Part shown: piece after piece, positions 43,436 to 57,340 of the stretch | Layout of the letters: each line of letters starts with the position of its first letter | How positions within the stretch are numbered: position 1 is the first letter of the stretch | Source of the DNA: Adineta vaga | Taxonomy: Eukaryota > Animalia > Rotifera | DNA: 64,000 nt | Direction of reading: 5' to 3' | Assembly: GCA_021613535.1 (NCBI GenBank) | Contig: CP075494.1 | Span: 13,950,001 to 14,014,000 of the forward strand | Made by a program: the position numbers and the translations under genes | The notes under the pieces: model-generated | Told to the model about the DNA's origin: nothing | The model's database searches: none | The model's input: only the letters and a program-made list of their open reading frames with translations

Positions 43436-44762
43436 TTACAGAAATGGATTTGAATACGGTTCGTCAGTGGTAGTTTTACTTGAGTTCAAATGTTTTCTAT
43501 CATTGAATAAGTGAATTAAATAACAATTTGGATAATGAGGAAATAGATCATATTGATCGTACATATGTGACATAGGACCATTGATAGACGAAGCAGTTTT
43601 TATAAGACTTAAGATAAGAAATGATATTGACATGCAGAGTATATAGAATAAATAGGGAGATTTCAATGCTAACGGGATTGTCACAACATAAGTATCGAAT
43701 AATAACCAGAAACCACGCCAGAGGAGAACGCAAGCGAAGAAAGCAGCAAGATGACGAATGTTGCGTATTAACGAAGGATAATTTAAATAGAAGAATGTTG
43801 GTAATGAACAAATTTTATCCGAACATGATTGAGTATACATAAGAAGAAAGTATAAAGGATAACCAAAACAAAGACTTAAACCAGCTGACTTAAAAGGATC
43901 GTTAGGATAAAGAAAAACATCGAGTAATGTATAAGAACCACGCCATGCTAGAATAGATAGAAGTGACATAATGAATTCATAGAAAATATAATTAAGAAAA
44001 TGAGCAAGACGTTCACTAATCTAGAAATAAAGAGAAATAGATTGATTTTTAGACATGAAAATCAATTACTTTTTCAGTTTGAAATGGTGTTCCAATTCGA
44101 ATATTATATTCAATTGAATCATAACTCAGTATAAACGGAGCACACACTAGATCACACGGATGTCCCATAGTTATAATAACAGCTAGAATAGCAGCAATAC
44201 TAACTATAAGCATTAATAACCAATCACCTGACGTATAACGATCCCATAATGTCCACATTGATACCCATTGAATAATATAAGTTGATGAAGTCATTAACGT
44301 ATGAAGTTGTAAGATGATAGCAATGAATAGTTTCGATTTTTGTTTATGAAGAAAATCGTAGAGACGATCTTGACTTAAGTAGACAGCGAGAAAGATGCAT
44401 TGAGCCAAAACATAGAGTAATGGTAAGACAATCCAATGTTTACCAGTAGGAGTAAGAAGCCATTCAACCATAAAATTCCATCCAGCTTGCCAGAATAGTA
44501 TTAATAGTGGGAAAACGAGAAGTCCAGCAACGAGTGGTTGAAATATAAAGAATAATATAGATTTCGTACGAATTTCAATAGTAGGTTCGTCATCATCATC
44601 GGATGGTATGGGAGTTTCATTGGATGCATCAGTAAATTTTCTTATAGGAATAAATCGATCGATTAAGGAGATTGTTAATTCTGTATTCGTTCGTAGACGA
44701 GTTTCGAAAAGTGATTGTGCACGTGGACGAAAACGATCATTACAACTTGTTGATTCGTTCAT
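43436..44762 (-). CDS. Fuseless-family multipass membrane protein
   Basis: Repeated TM units with WQAGW, WVSMWTLWD, WRGSYTLLD and WRGFWLLFD motifs. One intron. Confidence 0.75.
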
Positions 44763-45245
44763 CAGCAAATATCACGACACGAAATTTGTCTATACGAAAA
44801 CACAATCTTAATGTCGAAGTATAATATTTTCAAACTACTTACAACTTCGATGGCTGTCTATTGAAAAATGCGCAGTTAGCTCTTATCTTGATTATATTAT
44901 TCAAACAAGTCAATGATGATGATGATGATGATGATGTTGTTGTTGTTCGACTGTAATTTGTTTTCTGTGCACGAATACACGCAGCAATATTGATTTTTTT
45001 CCTACTGCTTCAGTAATGAAGTAACTAAATGTGTAGAACAGAAGAGAAAAAAAAAGAAAGGTAGTCGCTTTTAGGTCGCGGCCATAGACGACAAAAAAAG
45101 GATATTTTATAAAATAAAAAAATACAAAAAGAAAGAAAAGAAAGCTTAGAAATACAACTATGATTGTTATGCAAAAGAGTAAAAGATCAAAATATGTATA
45201 AATAAATATTAGTTAGACGTGTTGTAACATTGTAGATTTTCTAAA

Positions 45246-47859
45246 ATGCATCAACCACCAACGATTCTCGAGGGTGATGAAGAAACTGAAGGAGTTGGAC
45301 AAGTTGGTGAAGGAACACATTTTCCACATACAGGTGCTCATCAAGTACCACCAATGCATGATTCAATGGCAACTGCTGGAGAATTACAGCCACGTGAAGA
45401 CGAAGGCATTGGCTATGGAGAAACACCACAATTACAAAATGAAATAATTGCTGTTAGTGGTGATACACCGACGGAAGCATCACAACAAGCAGAATATAAA
45501 CAACCGTCATCCGTTGAACATCCTATTATTGAAGACGGAGCAAAAGAAGGTACACCCATGGATCCGGATGCAGAACGTGAAATTCAAGAACGATCGGAAG
45601 ATCATGATGGTTTAACAAGCATGGCAGAAGATGAAATTGAGAAACCTTTGGAAACAAATATTCAATCACCCATACCAGAAGAACCATCGGATACATCTCC
45701 ACGTATGTCAAAAGCGGCTCAATTAGATGATACAATACCTGTTCGTATGCTTATGATATTTTAATCATTATTTTTTTCTCTGAATATGTTTAGACTACAC
45801 CGGATAAACAACGTCTATCAGCTCGAAGTCAAAAAGATGTGTATGTATTCGAATATATAGATACAAAAGAGATATTCCCTTTCTCTGAATATTTAGAGAA
45901 TTTAAAGATATAGATGAGGATGAAGAACTTCATGACTTAATTCCTGCTGAACCAGAAATACAAATAAATCGTGAAGAACTTCTTGCTCATTATCAAGTTT
46001 GTTCATATCAATCTGACGATTAGAAAAAAAGATCTATTCTTTCGTTTTTATAAAAAGGCTGCAGAAGTTGAACGTGATCGTCTTCGAAGCATCAATGTTG
46101 CCTTACAACAACGTTTAGCTGAATATTTACAAAAACGCAAAGTATTTCTTCAAAACAATGTGCATTCTTATTCAATCATGTTGAATTCTATAGGGTACTG
46201 AAGATGCACCAGCTGTAGCTCATGGTGTTGAACGTACAACTGCTGAACAACAGCAACGTTATGAAAAATATCTTAGTGAAATTGAAACTTTACAAGAACG
46301 CATAAAACATGATCAGATTGAGTATGAAAAACAACGTCTAGAATATGAAGAACAAATTCAAGAGAAAAAAGAACATGTTGACGAATTAAAAACGGATTAT
46401 GTTCGATTAGTTAAACAAATTGCATCAAAAGCTGTTTTCACTCGTAGTGGAAAATCCATTTCCAATCAGGTATGAATATACAATAGAAAAACTGTAGACC
46501 TTTGTCTATTTCATTTTATCCATATAATAATATAATTTAAATAATACAGGATTGGCGTACACCGCCTAGAAATTTTCCTCTTGTATGTATAGTTCTTCTC
46601 ACTTTATTCCTATTATTATTCTTCTAGTTCATTGCAGTGCTTCATTCTTTCGATCGATACTAATTTTCAATAGTTTAATTCAATATTTCTCTTTTTTAGG
46701 AAGTGGAAAATTATTTGACATTATTACGTGAAAAAGAAGAAGAATTGATTAAAGTAATGAAAAATAAAATTGAATAAAAAAATCAATGAAATGATGTTCT
46801 CTTTCGTTTAGACGCGACATGAGAATATTCGTTTGAAAAATCAATTAAAAAAACGTGAAATGCAATTAAAATCGAAAGAAGAACTATCGGAAGGATTACA
46901 TATGATAGATTTCGAACAATTGAAAATTGAAAATCAAACTTATAGTGAAAAAATTGAAGAACGAAACGAAGTAAATTGATGATCTTCTTATCCAATTGAT
47001 AAAATCATTTCTTTCTTCTCCTAAAGGAATTAAATAAACTTAAGAAGAAAATCGGTACAACAGTTCAAATTCTTAGTCATATCAAAGAAAAACTTAATTA
47101 TGTTGGTCAACAACGTGCTAAAGCCGAAAGTATTCTTCAACAGACTGAATCTGAAGTAAAACAGGTACGAATTTATAATCAATTTCTTTTCAACAAATAT
47201 TTTTCTTCTACTTCCTTTGGACAATATTTGTATGTAACAAATACTCGATTTGCAATGTCATACATTTTTCAAAGACATTTTCATTAGGTGCAAGATTACA
47301 ATTGAACTATCGAAATTAATGTCAAATAATTCAAGAGAAAATGATTTGATTTTTCTCGAGATATATATCGATCTGCCCTTTTTGCTTAATCTTTTTCGAA
47401 AATTATTATTCATATATCGATGTACTTTGACATTTCATGTATTTCGTTATCAGAGAGTTAAACAAACTTCATTTAGTTTCTTATTTAACTGTTAAAACAG
47501 CTGATCGTATTCTCAGTACTGATTGATACAGAAAAATGAATGATAAAAATAAGTTTTATTGACTTTTCTATTCATTTTTATTCTACTTCGTGATAGAAAA
47601 TTTGTTTTTGTTTTTGCTATAGAAACGTGATGAATTAGCAACGATAAAACGTCGTCGTGATCGTTTACGACAAGATAATCAAACATTAAAACAAAGTTCT
47701 GGTCTGATTGGTAATGAACTTTTACTTCGTGATTACGAAGAACGTTATGATGACATCGAAAAATGTAGTGAAAAACTGGAAAATTTGAAAAAACGTCATG
47801 CTGAAATTACATTAACGTGTAAAGTATTAAAGAAGAAAATCTCCAAAGTTCAATCATAG
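45246..47859 (+). CDS. CCDC96: Coiled-coil ciliary protein CCDC96 (DUF4201)
   Basis: EELSEGLHMIDFEQLKIENQTYSEKIEERNEEL and LLRDYE motifs, with an acidic disordered N-terminus. Confidence 0.88.
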
Positions 47860-47990
47860 ATTTATATATATATATATTTTAAACATACAAATAAAACGCA
47901 GCCTTTTTTTCTTCTTCTTTTAATACAATAATTCATACTTAAAACAAAACGAGAATTTGTGTTTTTTTTTTATACAAGTTTTTAAAATAT

Positions 47991-50900
47991 TCAAAGGGTC
48001 AAATATGGCTGACGAATTAATGCTAAACATTGTTGTCGTAAACGATGAAGATCGTTATTTTTATTGATTGAATTTGTCGAAAGATTAGCTGCATGTTGAA
48101 GAATATTTCGATAATGATAAATTGTTGATGGTAAGAAATGACAGAATAATAAAAGTGCCGATATAGTATCAAGATTTGGAAATTCTAAGAATGAAATATG
48201 GTTATGAAAAATGTTATTTATGGGAAATTTTTACCTTCGTTTGTTGAATGTGGTTGTTTAAGAGCACGTTCAAATAATGTTTGAGTACTTAATGGATTCA
48301 AACCGGAGGATACACGAAAGATTGATTCGAATAGATAAAGCTAAAAAGAAATTATCAATAATTGAAGATTAATTAATATTATTAAGTTTTACTCTTTCTT
48401 TCGGTAATTTCATCATTCGATTTAATTGTCGATAGTTATCTAATTCTTGTTGAAAATCTTGAAGATAAGGAATTTGTTTATCATTTATTGACATTGTACT
48501 TGTTAAAAGACGAAGACGTAATGCAAGAATACCATCAAGTATCAACGTATTAATTGCCTAAGAATGAAAAAAAAAGGGGCATCAGCTCAAAATTTCAAAT
48601 ATCAAATCAATGAACATACCAAATCTAAATTTTCATCATTATCATCATCATTATTATTATTATAAATAGAATTTTCAATTATTGATGTAATTAATCGACT
48701 TGATTGACCAAGTTGTTCTAATAATGATATTCGAGTAGTATTAGATTGATCATCATCATCATTTAATACCAAAAGAATACTATGAATCGTTTCAATAACC
48801 AATATAAAGTGTTCACTAAACACAAAAAAAGGAAAATCTCGAAGTTATTAGTTTTTTTTTGTGACTTACTCAGCAATATCCGTTGATCGTGCCATTTGAT
48901 AAATTGATTGGTTTGTTTCTCCACTTTGTCGAAGAACATCACTGGATGTGACATTATCAATTGATAATTTATCATTTGAAATACAACGTAGTACTTGTAA
49001 ACTATGTTGCCACCAAGAAAATTGATCAAGATCATGTTCATTTTTAATTATAGTTTGTTGTTGTTGATGAGATGGATTATCATCTTGTAATAAAAGTTGA
49101 TTATGAATATTATCATAGAGAAGATATTCTAAATATTGTAAACGTATCGATTGAAGAAAATTTGTTTGTTTAATTGAAATTGATTTTTTATCAAAAAGAA
49201 ATTGATTTAAACGATCGACATCCACTAACCAAATATCATTCATATCAATAATATAGAAACATTTTAAAATATATGGGATAAAAATTTCAAATAGACCACC
49301 TAATTTCTTCAATGTTAATGCCGAAAGAAGATAAATTTCATTATGTTTTTTCACATCTAATTTCTTTCCTGCATTCATCGATGTATTGATTGTGGAAAGA
49401 AATAGATTGACAAGTGATAATGAAGATGAAGATGAATGATATTCAATTTTCCATAATTGTAAAAGACAATCATTCAATTCTCGATTATAATCACGTGTAT
49501 CAATTGATTTTGTCCATCCAGACCAGAATATTAACCAACGACCAAGAAAGATTAAATTGACACAAAAACGTGTCATTTGCCATGTTATAGACGAAAGATA
49601 ATACAAGAGAGTATTATCAATCGTAACATATAATTTTTCACAGCATTGACGATAATATAATCGTGCTTCATTTAATTGATTCTAAAATAGAGAGAGACGC
49701 TTTTGAGTGCAGTTCTTTCGAAGCGAAAATGTGGAACTCATATAGTTTGTCTATAGTAGAGGGAGGCGGAGGAGGGAGTAAAATTTTAAAACTAACAGTC
49801 AACTATTTTCTTCGAAAAACAGATTTGTTTTAAAATTCTTTGTATAAAAACTATTTAGACTATTTGATAAACAATAAGACGGAAAGGAATGTCTTACTTC
49901 TGCTAAAAGTTGATCTGCTTTTTTCTTATAAACATAATATTCATGCATTTCCGATTCCGGTACAATCGGTTCACCATAAACAAATAATTTTACTAAACAA
50001 ACAAGACATATACCAAAATTTAACATCCATGCTACTAATTGTCGCCATGATGTACTCAAAAATGCTAAAAAGAAACAAGAATGAATTTGAAAAAGAAATT
50101 CTTCGAATAGAAAGATTTTACTTGACGAATGAAGATTTTCATTATTTGTTGCTGATTGTAATGTTCGTGAACCAACACTTGATTGCATTTCAGTTGGATC
50201 ATTTGAATCCGATGCATGAATTAGATTTAAGAGATAATTGAATGGATTAGTAATGAGAACACATAACATAAAACAACATAGAACTAATCGAGATCCATTG
50301 ACCATGCCTTGTTTACTTGTTGTACGTTTTTGTCCTGGAGAAAACGAAAGATGAAATGGATTGGATGAGAAAGAAAATTTTCAACGTACGTTTCGGAATT
50401 GGACTGTACGCTTCGTCACTTGAATTAAGACTTGATTCACTTGCATCACTATGAGATGACGGTGGTGTTGTAGGATTTTTAACTAATGGATTTCGTTCCG
50501 ATGAATTTATTTGATTATTAGTCGAAATATCAACATCTATAATTGAGAAAATAGTATTTCATTGTTTGTTTGATCTTAATTAAATTTCTATGTTAACTTA
50601 CTAGTTAAATTTAATCGTTTGAGAATGATTTTTAATGTATTATTTTCTTCTTCTAATCGTCGATTTGTTGATTGAAGTTGTCGAATATATTCAATTGTTC
50701 GTCGAAGTACACCAGATTTTTGTACCTAAACGAAAACGAAAAAAAAAATTCATAACTTTTGTATTAATATCAATACAATACTCTTACTTTTTCATCATTA
50801 TCAGCCACGATTTCTTTCAATTCAAGTATTCGTTCGTTAATGCTCGATCGATATCTCTTTTCAATTGCATTGTGCGATGATTTTCGTCGTACACGACCAC

Positions 50901-51929
50901 CAGTACCACTTCCGAAATTCATGTTTGTTGTTGTGTGATTATTTGTTGGTGAATCATGTCGACTACCTTCATCTGAACTATTATTGTAATTATTATTATT
51001 ATTATTATTGTTTATATGATTAGTTTGATTGACGATTTTCAACGGAATATTATTTCCGATAATAGTACTATTTTCAAGAAGACTTGAAAATGATCCAACG
51101 TTCGATTTGGATGCATCCGGTGCGGAACAGATTAACTAAAAAGAGAAAGTATGAGAATATGATATGGCACGAAATGATTTTCGTACCGCTTGAAATTGAT
51201 CTAATGTAACTGGAATTGGTTCGGGTTTTTTGATTAATTTAGGAAGATGGGCAGGTGGCGAGGGACGAGTACGTTTTGACGTAGCTGGTTTTCTTCCGAG
51301 AGTATTTTTATTTGTTTGATATTCCGACATATCCACAGATAACATTGATGAAGTCTATAATGAGAAAGAATGAGAAATATACAAGAAATAATATTCGTTT
51401 TTAATTACTTCGGGATAGTTTGATGGAACAGAAGACAATGGTGGAGTAGGAGTAGATGCATATTTAACATTGGTTTGTTGTACTTGATGTTGATCCATTA
51501 AAGTGTTGAAATCCGAAGAAATATATTCATCCATGGTTGACTGCATAGTCTGAATATTGGTATTTTGTATCATTTTATTTGTTGATGTTGCAAGTAATGT
51601 TGCATCATAGGACGGTGGTGGTGGTAATTCCATTGAAGCTTGTTGAAGATACGTCGTATGCGTATTTGTTGGCGGATCAAGATATTGAAATTCGCATGTA
51701 TTAATATCGAATTCCGAAAAAATATCATTGAAAGCCGTATCGGATAATTTCAAATCACATGTTAAATAATCTTTTATATCTAAATGAACGTTCAGATTGG
51801 TATTATTATCGAATTGAAAGGGAAACAAAATAACAAACCTCCGACGACTGTAGGATCAATATTCATGGTTTGCTGCTGTTGATCTTGTTGTTGATATTCA
51901 TCAAATTGAAATAAATTTCCACTCATCAT
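47991..51929 (-). CDS. SREBP: Sterol regulatory element-binding protein
   Basis: bHLH HNAIEKRYRSSINERI with the diagnostic Tyr, TM1 containing NP (S2P site), luminal RTLQ (S1P-like), and TM2 followed by KLFVYGEP. Confidence 0.93.
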
Positions 51930-52488
51930 TTTTATCTAATTATTCAACTGACATAGAAAATGAGAAATTAAAGAATAGATCTTTTTTTTCAAAGCAAATG
52001 ATTTCTTTTGAAAAGATCACGCCATTCTAAGTACATAAAAAAAAATGAGTCACACCCATGTCAAATCAAATCAACGATTACGATTTGTTATCATTCAATA
52101 GAATGTTATATGCAAAAAAACCTACTTATTAGAAATCATTTAAATGAAATATATAGACAACACTCTATCCCGAATTAGAAGACATCCACAGAAAAATAAG
52201 GGAAAAACAAGGTCGTTTAGTACATGCGACAACAAGTAAGATAGATGTCACTAATAGATGATATCACAGATACGTGTTTATATATAACGATTGAAGTGCC
52301 ATATTGTTAACAAATTTTATTGAAATCTCGTTTCTTGTTCTTCAGAAAAAAGGGTACCGGGTTGACATACACATATATCTACATACACATACACGATCTT
52401 TAAATATTCTGCGAGAAGAAAAACTGTCTTAATTTGTACAAATAATCTGCCTAGTTAATAAGAATATTTATGACAAGTCGTCAGATAT

Positions 52489-54706
52489 TTAATCACCACC
52501 AGTTTTTGGTCGTTGCATTTTCCAGAATCTCTTCACTTCTTCATGACCGGCTTTTGAAACAACAACACATCGTTTTTGTGCATTACTCCAAAGTAAGACA
52601 TTCAAATCCTAAGAAAACAAACTATTATTAAAAATACCAGATCAAAGAGAACTTACTTTCGCATATTTTTCGATTAATTCAAAATCATTTGCAGTATTAA
52701 ATTGATTATAAAGCATTCCGTCTTGATCAACAATACGATCACGTTCCATTTCCCTACATGCAACAAAATATTTTTCGGATTGTATAAAAATTTTGTTTAC
52801 CATAGACGAATTTGATCACTGATAGTTGTTGGAATTAATGGTTTATTTTCTAGTAACTATAAAAGTACGAGAGAAAAATTGAATCGAAGAAGAAGAAAGA
52901 AGAACGTCAATGATTTATACTCGTTTACGCATTTGTGGATGTGCATGTGATTTCATAAAATTCAAAATCTATTTTGTAAAGAATAGTGTCAATAAGACAA
53001 AAAGAAAAGATTCTATTTTCAAACCAAATCTGCTGATATTTCATTGCTTAGTGCACTGCGAATACTTTGCCGAGTAATAAGTCCAACACTCATATTTGGA
53101 AATCTAAAGAAACAAAAGTAGAAATTCTTCGATTTCAAAATTTGAATTCTTCACTCATTCGAGACGTACCGATAAAGCATTTTGCAAAACAATTCGATAA
53201 TTTTAAGATATAAATCATTATCTATGAATAAAGGAATAGGTATGGTCTAATTTGAATGATATTTTCGGAACATACTTGTATAAGCATAAACACGATAATT
53301 TGTTTCAACAACAAGAAAACCAGATTGAATTTCATCAGTTCCAGGTTGTTGATCGGCAAATGTACTCGTTGCTAGACCAGATGCTAATTCAATTGCAAGT
53401 TTAGTTGGATAATAACGTTTGATTTTTCTCTAAAAAACATTCGAATAGTTCATCAATTTTCTTTCAAAATAGAAATTACTGTTTTCTGCCAAACAAGACC
53501 AAGTTCTCGAAGATGTTGAACAAAACTTTCTTTCGTTGCACTAAATTTTTCACTCGAATAGTCCTATAAAACAAAATTTTATGAAACTATATCAATAGGA
53601 ATCTATTTACTTTGCCAAATGTTGCAAAACTCAGTTGAAATAAAAAGATTAAATGTTCACTAATATCTTCTCCACGTAGCTGAAAGATAATAATCAAATG
53701 CAATTGAAAAAGTTTATGATAAACAAAGCAAATATACTTGACGTGTTTCCAGAGAATTAATGATGAAAAACCACACTTGTGATCGACGATTCATCAGTAG
53801 AAATTGAAAGCCAGAACCTGTGATTGCATACGGATCAGTACTCGATGAGGATGTATCTTCATTTCTAAGATATTTTCAAGAAAAAAATTCTTTTTTTTCC
53901 TTCTGTACGTAGTTATTATAAATATGAACCTTTTGAGTAATTTTGCATGTAGGAAAACATCAATTGTTTCACGAGTTACTTGTCCTTTATCAGGACTAAC
54001 AAGATATTGTAGAACACACTGAAATGAACCAATGAAATGTGAACATAATTTCATTAAAATATCATTAAATCTTACATCCCATCGGGTTGAAGAATAAATA
54101 TTCAGTTCTTCAAGTTTTTTAGCACTACGTTCACTTGGTACTGATGTCGAATCTGTTTCATCCAGCCAATTAGTTGTTCTAAATAATAATGTATCATTCA
54201 AACATATCTTTTTTCAACAATATCAATATGTTTCACTTTACCCTCCGAAAATAGCACCAGTTAAATTATTTCTAAATGTTACATCCAATTGCCAATCAGT
54301 ACCAACTTCGTTCCAAATGCCTAGTTTAACGAGCATTCGAGTAATATTTTTATAAGTACTATTGAAATTAAAATAGATAATTGATTGAATTGTATATACT
54401 TCAGAAAATATGTCATGTACTTTTGATGAGATGGATTAATCCATGAAGAAACAACACTTTGACTGATGGGTTGTGGTTGTCCATTGGTTTCGGAATTCGG
54501 TAAACAAATAAATCTCATAATAATCGTTCGTGCAAGAACTGGTAATTCACTATGAAGAAAAACTATCAAGAAAATCATTCTCAACTATTCATGAAAACAA
54601 ACCGAAAGATTGCTAAACAACTTGCCGGATGTCCATAAATATTTTGCGTGACATTGGCTGGTAAACTAGAAATATACTCGTGTAAATTAGCGAATTGACC
54701 AGACAT
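52489..54706 (-). CDS. GTF2H4: TFIIH subunit p52/Tfb2
   Basis: [51 protein letters not shown] and [11 protein letters not shown]. Confidence 0.93.
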
Positions 54707-54894
54707 TGAATTATAATCTAAAAAAGTTATTTGGCTTTCTCTCTCAATACTTAACTTTGATTGATTCATCAATAACAATGAGAGTGTTTATCTTTCAATG
54801 ATCATTCGACATCAACAAAAAACTTGAAGAAGACAGAGAGAATACACACACATACACACACACGTATAAAGACAACAAAAAAAGAAACATTAGA

Positions 54895-57131
54895 TTAACT
54901 GATCTGTTCAGGTGACCAGATTTTTAATGTTCGATCATAAGAAACAGTAGCAATCCATCGACCATCGAGAGAAACATCTGCCGACATGATCTTTTGTTCA
55001 TGTCCTGTTGAAGAATATAATGCTGACCAAACAGGATGCATCCATAATTTAATAGTATTATCATATGAAACAGTTACTAAATAATGACCTTCACTACCTA
55101 AACAAAACAAGAATCAATCAATTATACGAACAGAAAAGTATTCGATTTGTTAGACGTACGTTGAAATTTCACTGTGGAAACTAAATTTTGATGAGCAGCA
55201 ATACTATATGCGTTCTTATTTTGACGTAAATCCCAGATTTTACATAAATTATCTTCTGAACCAGTTGCAATATGATATCTAAGTAAAAGAAAATTCTATG
55301 AGAAAACAATTCATAGTAAACTTTCAAGTTAAACAAACCCATTCGGTGAGAAATCAATGGATAAAATTGGTTTCAAATGACCTTCTAAAAACATAATACA
55401 ACGACCAGTACGAAGATCCCATACGCGACCATATGCATCCATGCCACTAAAAAACAGTACATGAACTTTTACGTCATCTCTATCTCTCAAGAATCTTTCT
55501 AATGAAAACATACGCAGTCGCAGCTAAACTTCCATCACATTGAAATGTCAGATCATGTACAGCTTTTGAATGACCTTCTTGATGTAAAACTTCGTCTTGA
55601 GTGTTCAAATCCCATAAACGCCATGAATGATCATAACTATATAAGAATAGAAAATGCTATCAACTAATCAAATATCTTAAGTATTATTTACCAAGCTGTA
55701 CCAAGAAATCTTCCTGATGGATGAAATTTCACTTTTGCTACACGAAATGGTGCATGACCTAAAATAATCATCGTCATTTTCGTATGCATACATAATTTTT
55801 CCATACAAACCTTCAATTTCAGCAATTGGTTCATCATTTTCAAGATTCCATAATTTAACACTTCCATCAAATGCGCTAGATGCCAAGTTGATCATTGCTG
55901 GATCTTGTGTTAATGTCGATTGCGGATGCCAACTAATACAACAAGCATCGATGGTATGACCACGTAATGTACGTACTGGTTGACAGTCTGGTACTGTCCA
56001 AAGTTTACAGAGTCCACTCCTACATATAATTCTTTGATTAAAACAAAAACAAAACTGTAAAAATTTGATCTACCGAGAAGAAACCGCAACCATTTGATCA
56101 TTTGGACTGAATTCACAATAAAATAATGGACGTGCATCACCAACTTGACTGCAATGTAATGAAGTAGCCTGAAATAGATATTTATTCAATAAAGAAAGAA
56201 TTTTAATCAAAATAGATGTCAATTTACTCGTAATCGACGATATAGTTCTTGAACTTTTGCTGTTCGATGAACTTCAGGTATCGCAACATATTCTTTTAAC
56301 TTTTGAATACGTTCTTTCGCTCTAAAAATAAAAAGCAGATATTGTCATTCTTCATTATTCTAAATAGCTTTACCTTGGTAGAGAATATTGCGCAATAAAA
56401 TATCTTGCTGCTTGTAACTCGTCAGGTCCTTGATGGTACCAGGTCACTTCCTTGAAAACGTCACAAAGAGTAAAAGATGAAAACTGAACAAAGTGACTTT
56501 TCTTTTCTTACTTCTTTTGTTCCTTCAATTCTTCTATCATCTTCTTCTTTCTTACGTAGTTTTTGTGCAATTTCATCATCCGTAAAACGTGAAATTAAAT
56601 TACGTAGACGTTCACGTCGTTCTGCGGGTCCTTCCCCAAACAAACCTAAACAAAAACAAAGAAAAATTTTCCCATTTTCATCTTAAGCATATCCATCATA
56701 TCTTACAGATTGGTTCTCCTAATTGACGTAAACTTGCTTTTACTTCAATATCATCAGTTGAAACATGAATTTGTCGAGCCTATCAAATGAAAAAAACGAT
56801 TTCTTTTCCAATACACATGAAAATATTCTTATCTTACTCTTCGACGTCGTTCAAATTCAGCAAGAAGTGCTTGTTGATCTTCAGCAAATGGTTGGTCTTC
56901 TAATTTGATTGTCTCCGCTAAATATAAATAAAAGAAATCGAATCAAGATCAGTATATATATCAATTTCAATACATCATACGTTCTCGACGTGTTGAAATC
57001 GTTGTTTGATGTTGTTGTTCATATGTTTGTCTTGCTGCTGCTTGACTTAGAAGTTCTGCATGTACATGTTCAGCATGATCGACCGTAGTTGTACGTCTAT
57101 TAGGCAACGTAACTGAATCATCTTGCATCAT
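54895..57131 (-). CDS. PRPF4: U4/U6 snRNP protein Prp4 (WD40)
   Basis: [28 protein letters not shown] and [18 protein letters not shown], followed by WD40 repeats. Confidence 0.94.
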
Positions 57132-57340
57132 CTGAAATAAAATTAAATATGATATACATATCGAAAAAATCTATCACCAGAAATCAGTATCAATCCATGG
57201 AATATCCTTGTACTACATTGAGATAATCAAGAATGAAAGTTGTTATATCATCTGAAAGAATCTATCTAAAATAAATGTATATCATAATTTCTTTTTTTTC
57301 CTAATAACAAAAAAATTTTTTTTTTCTTCTTTTTCTTCTT

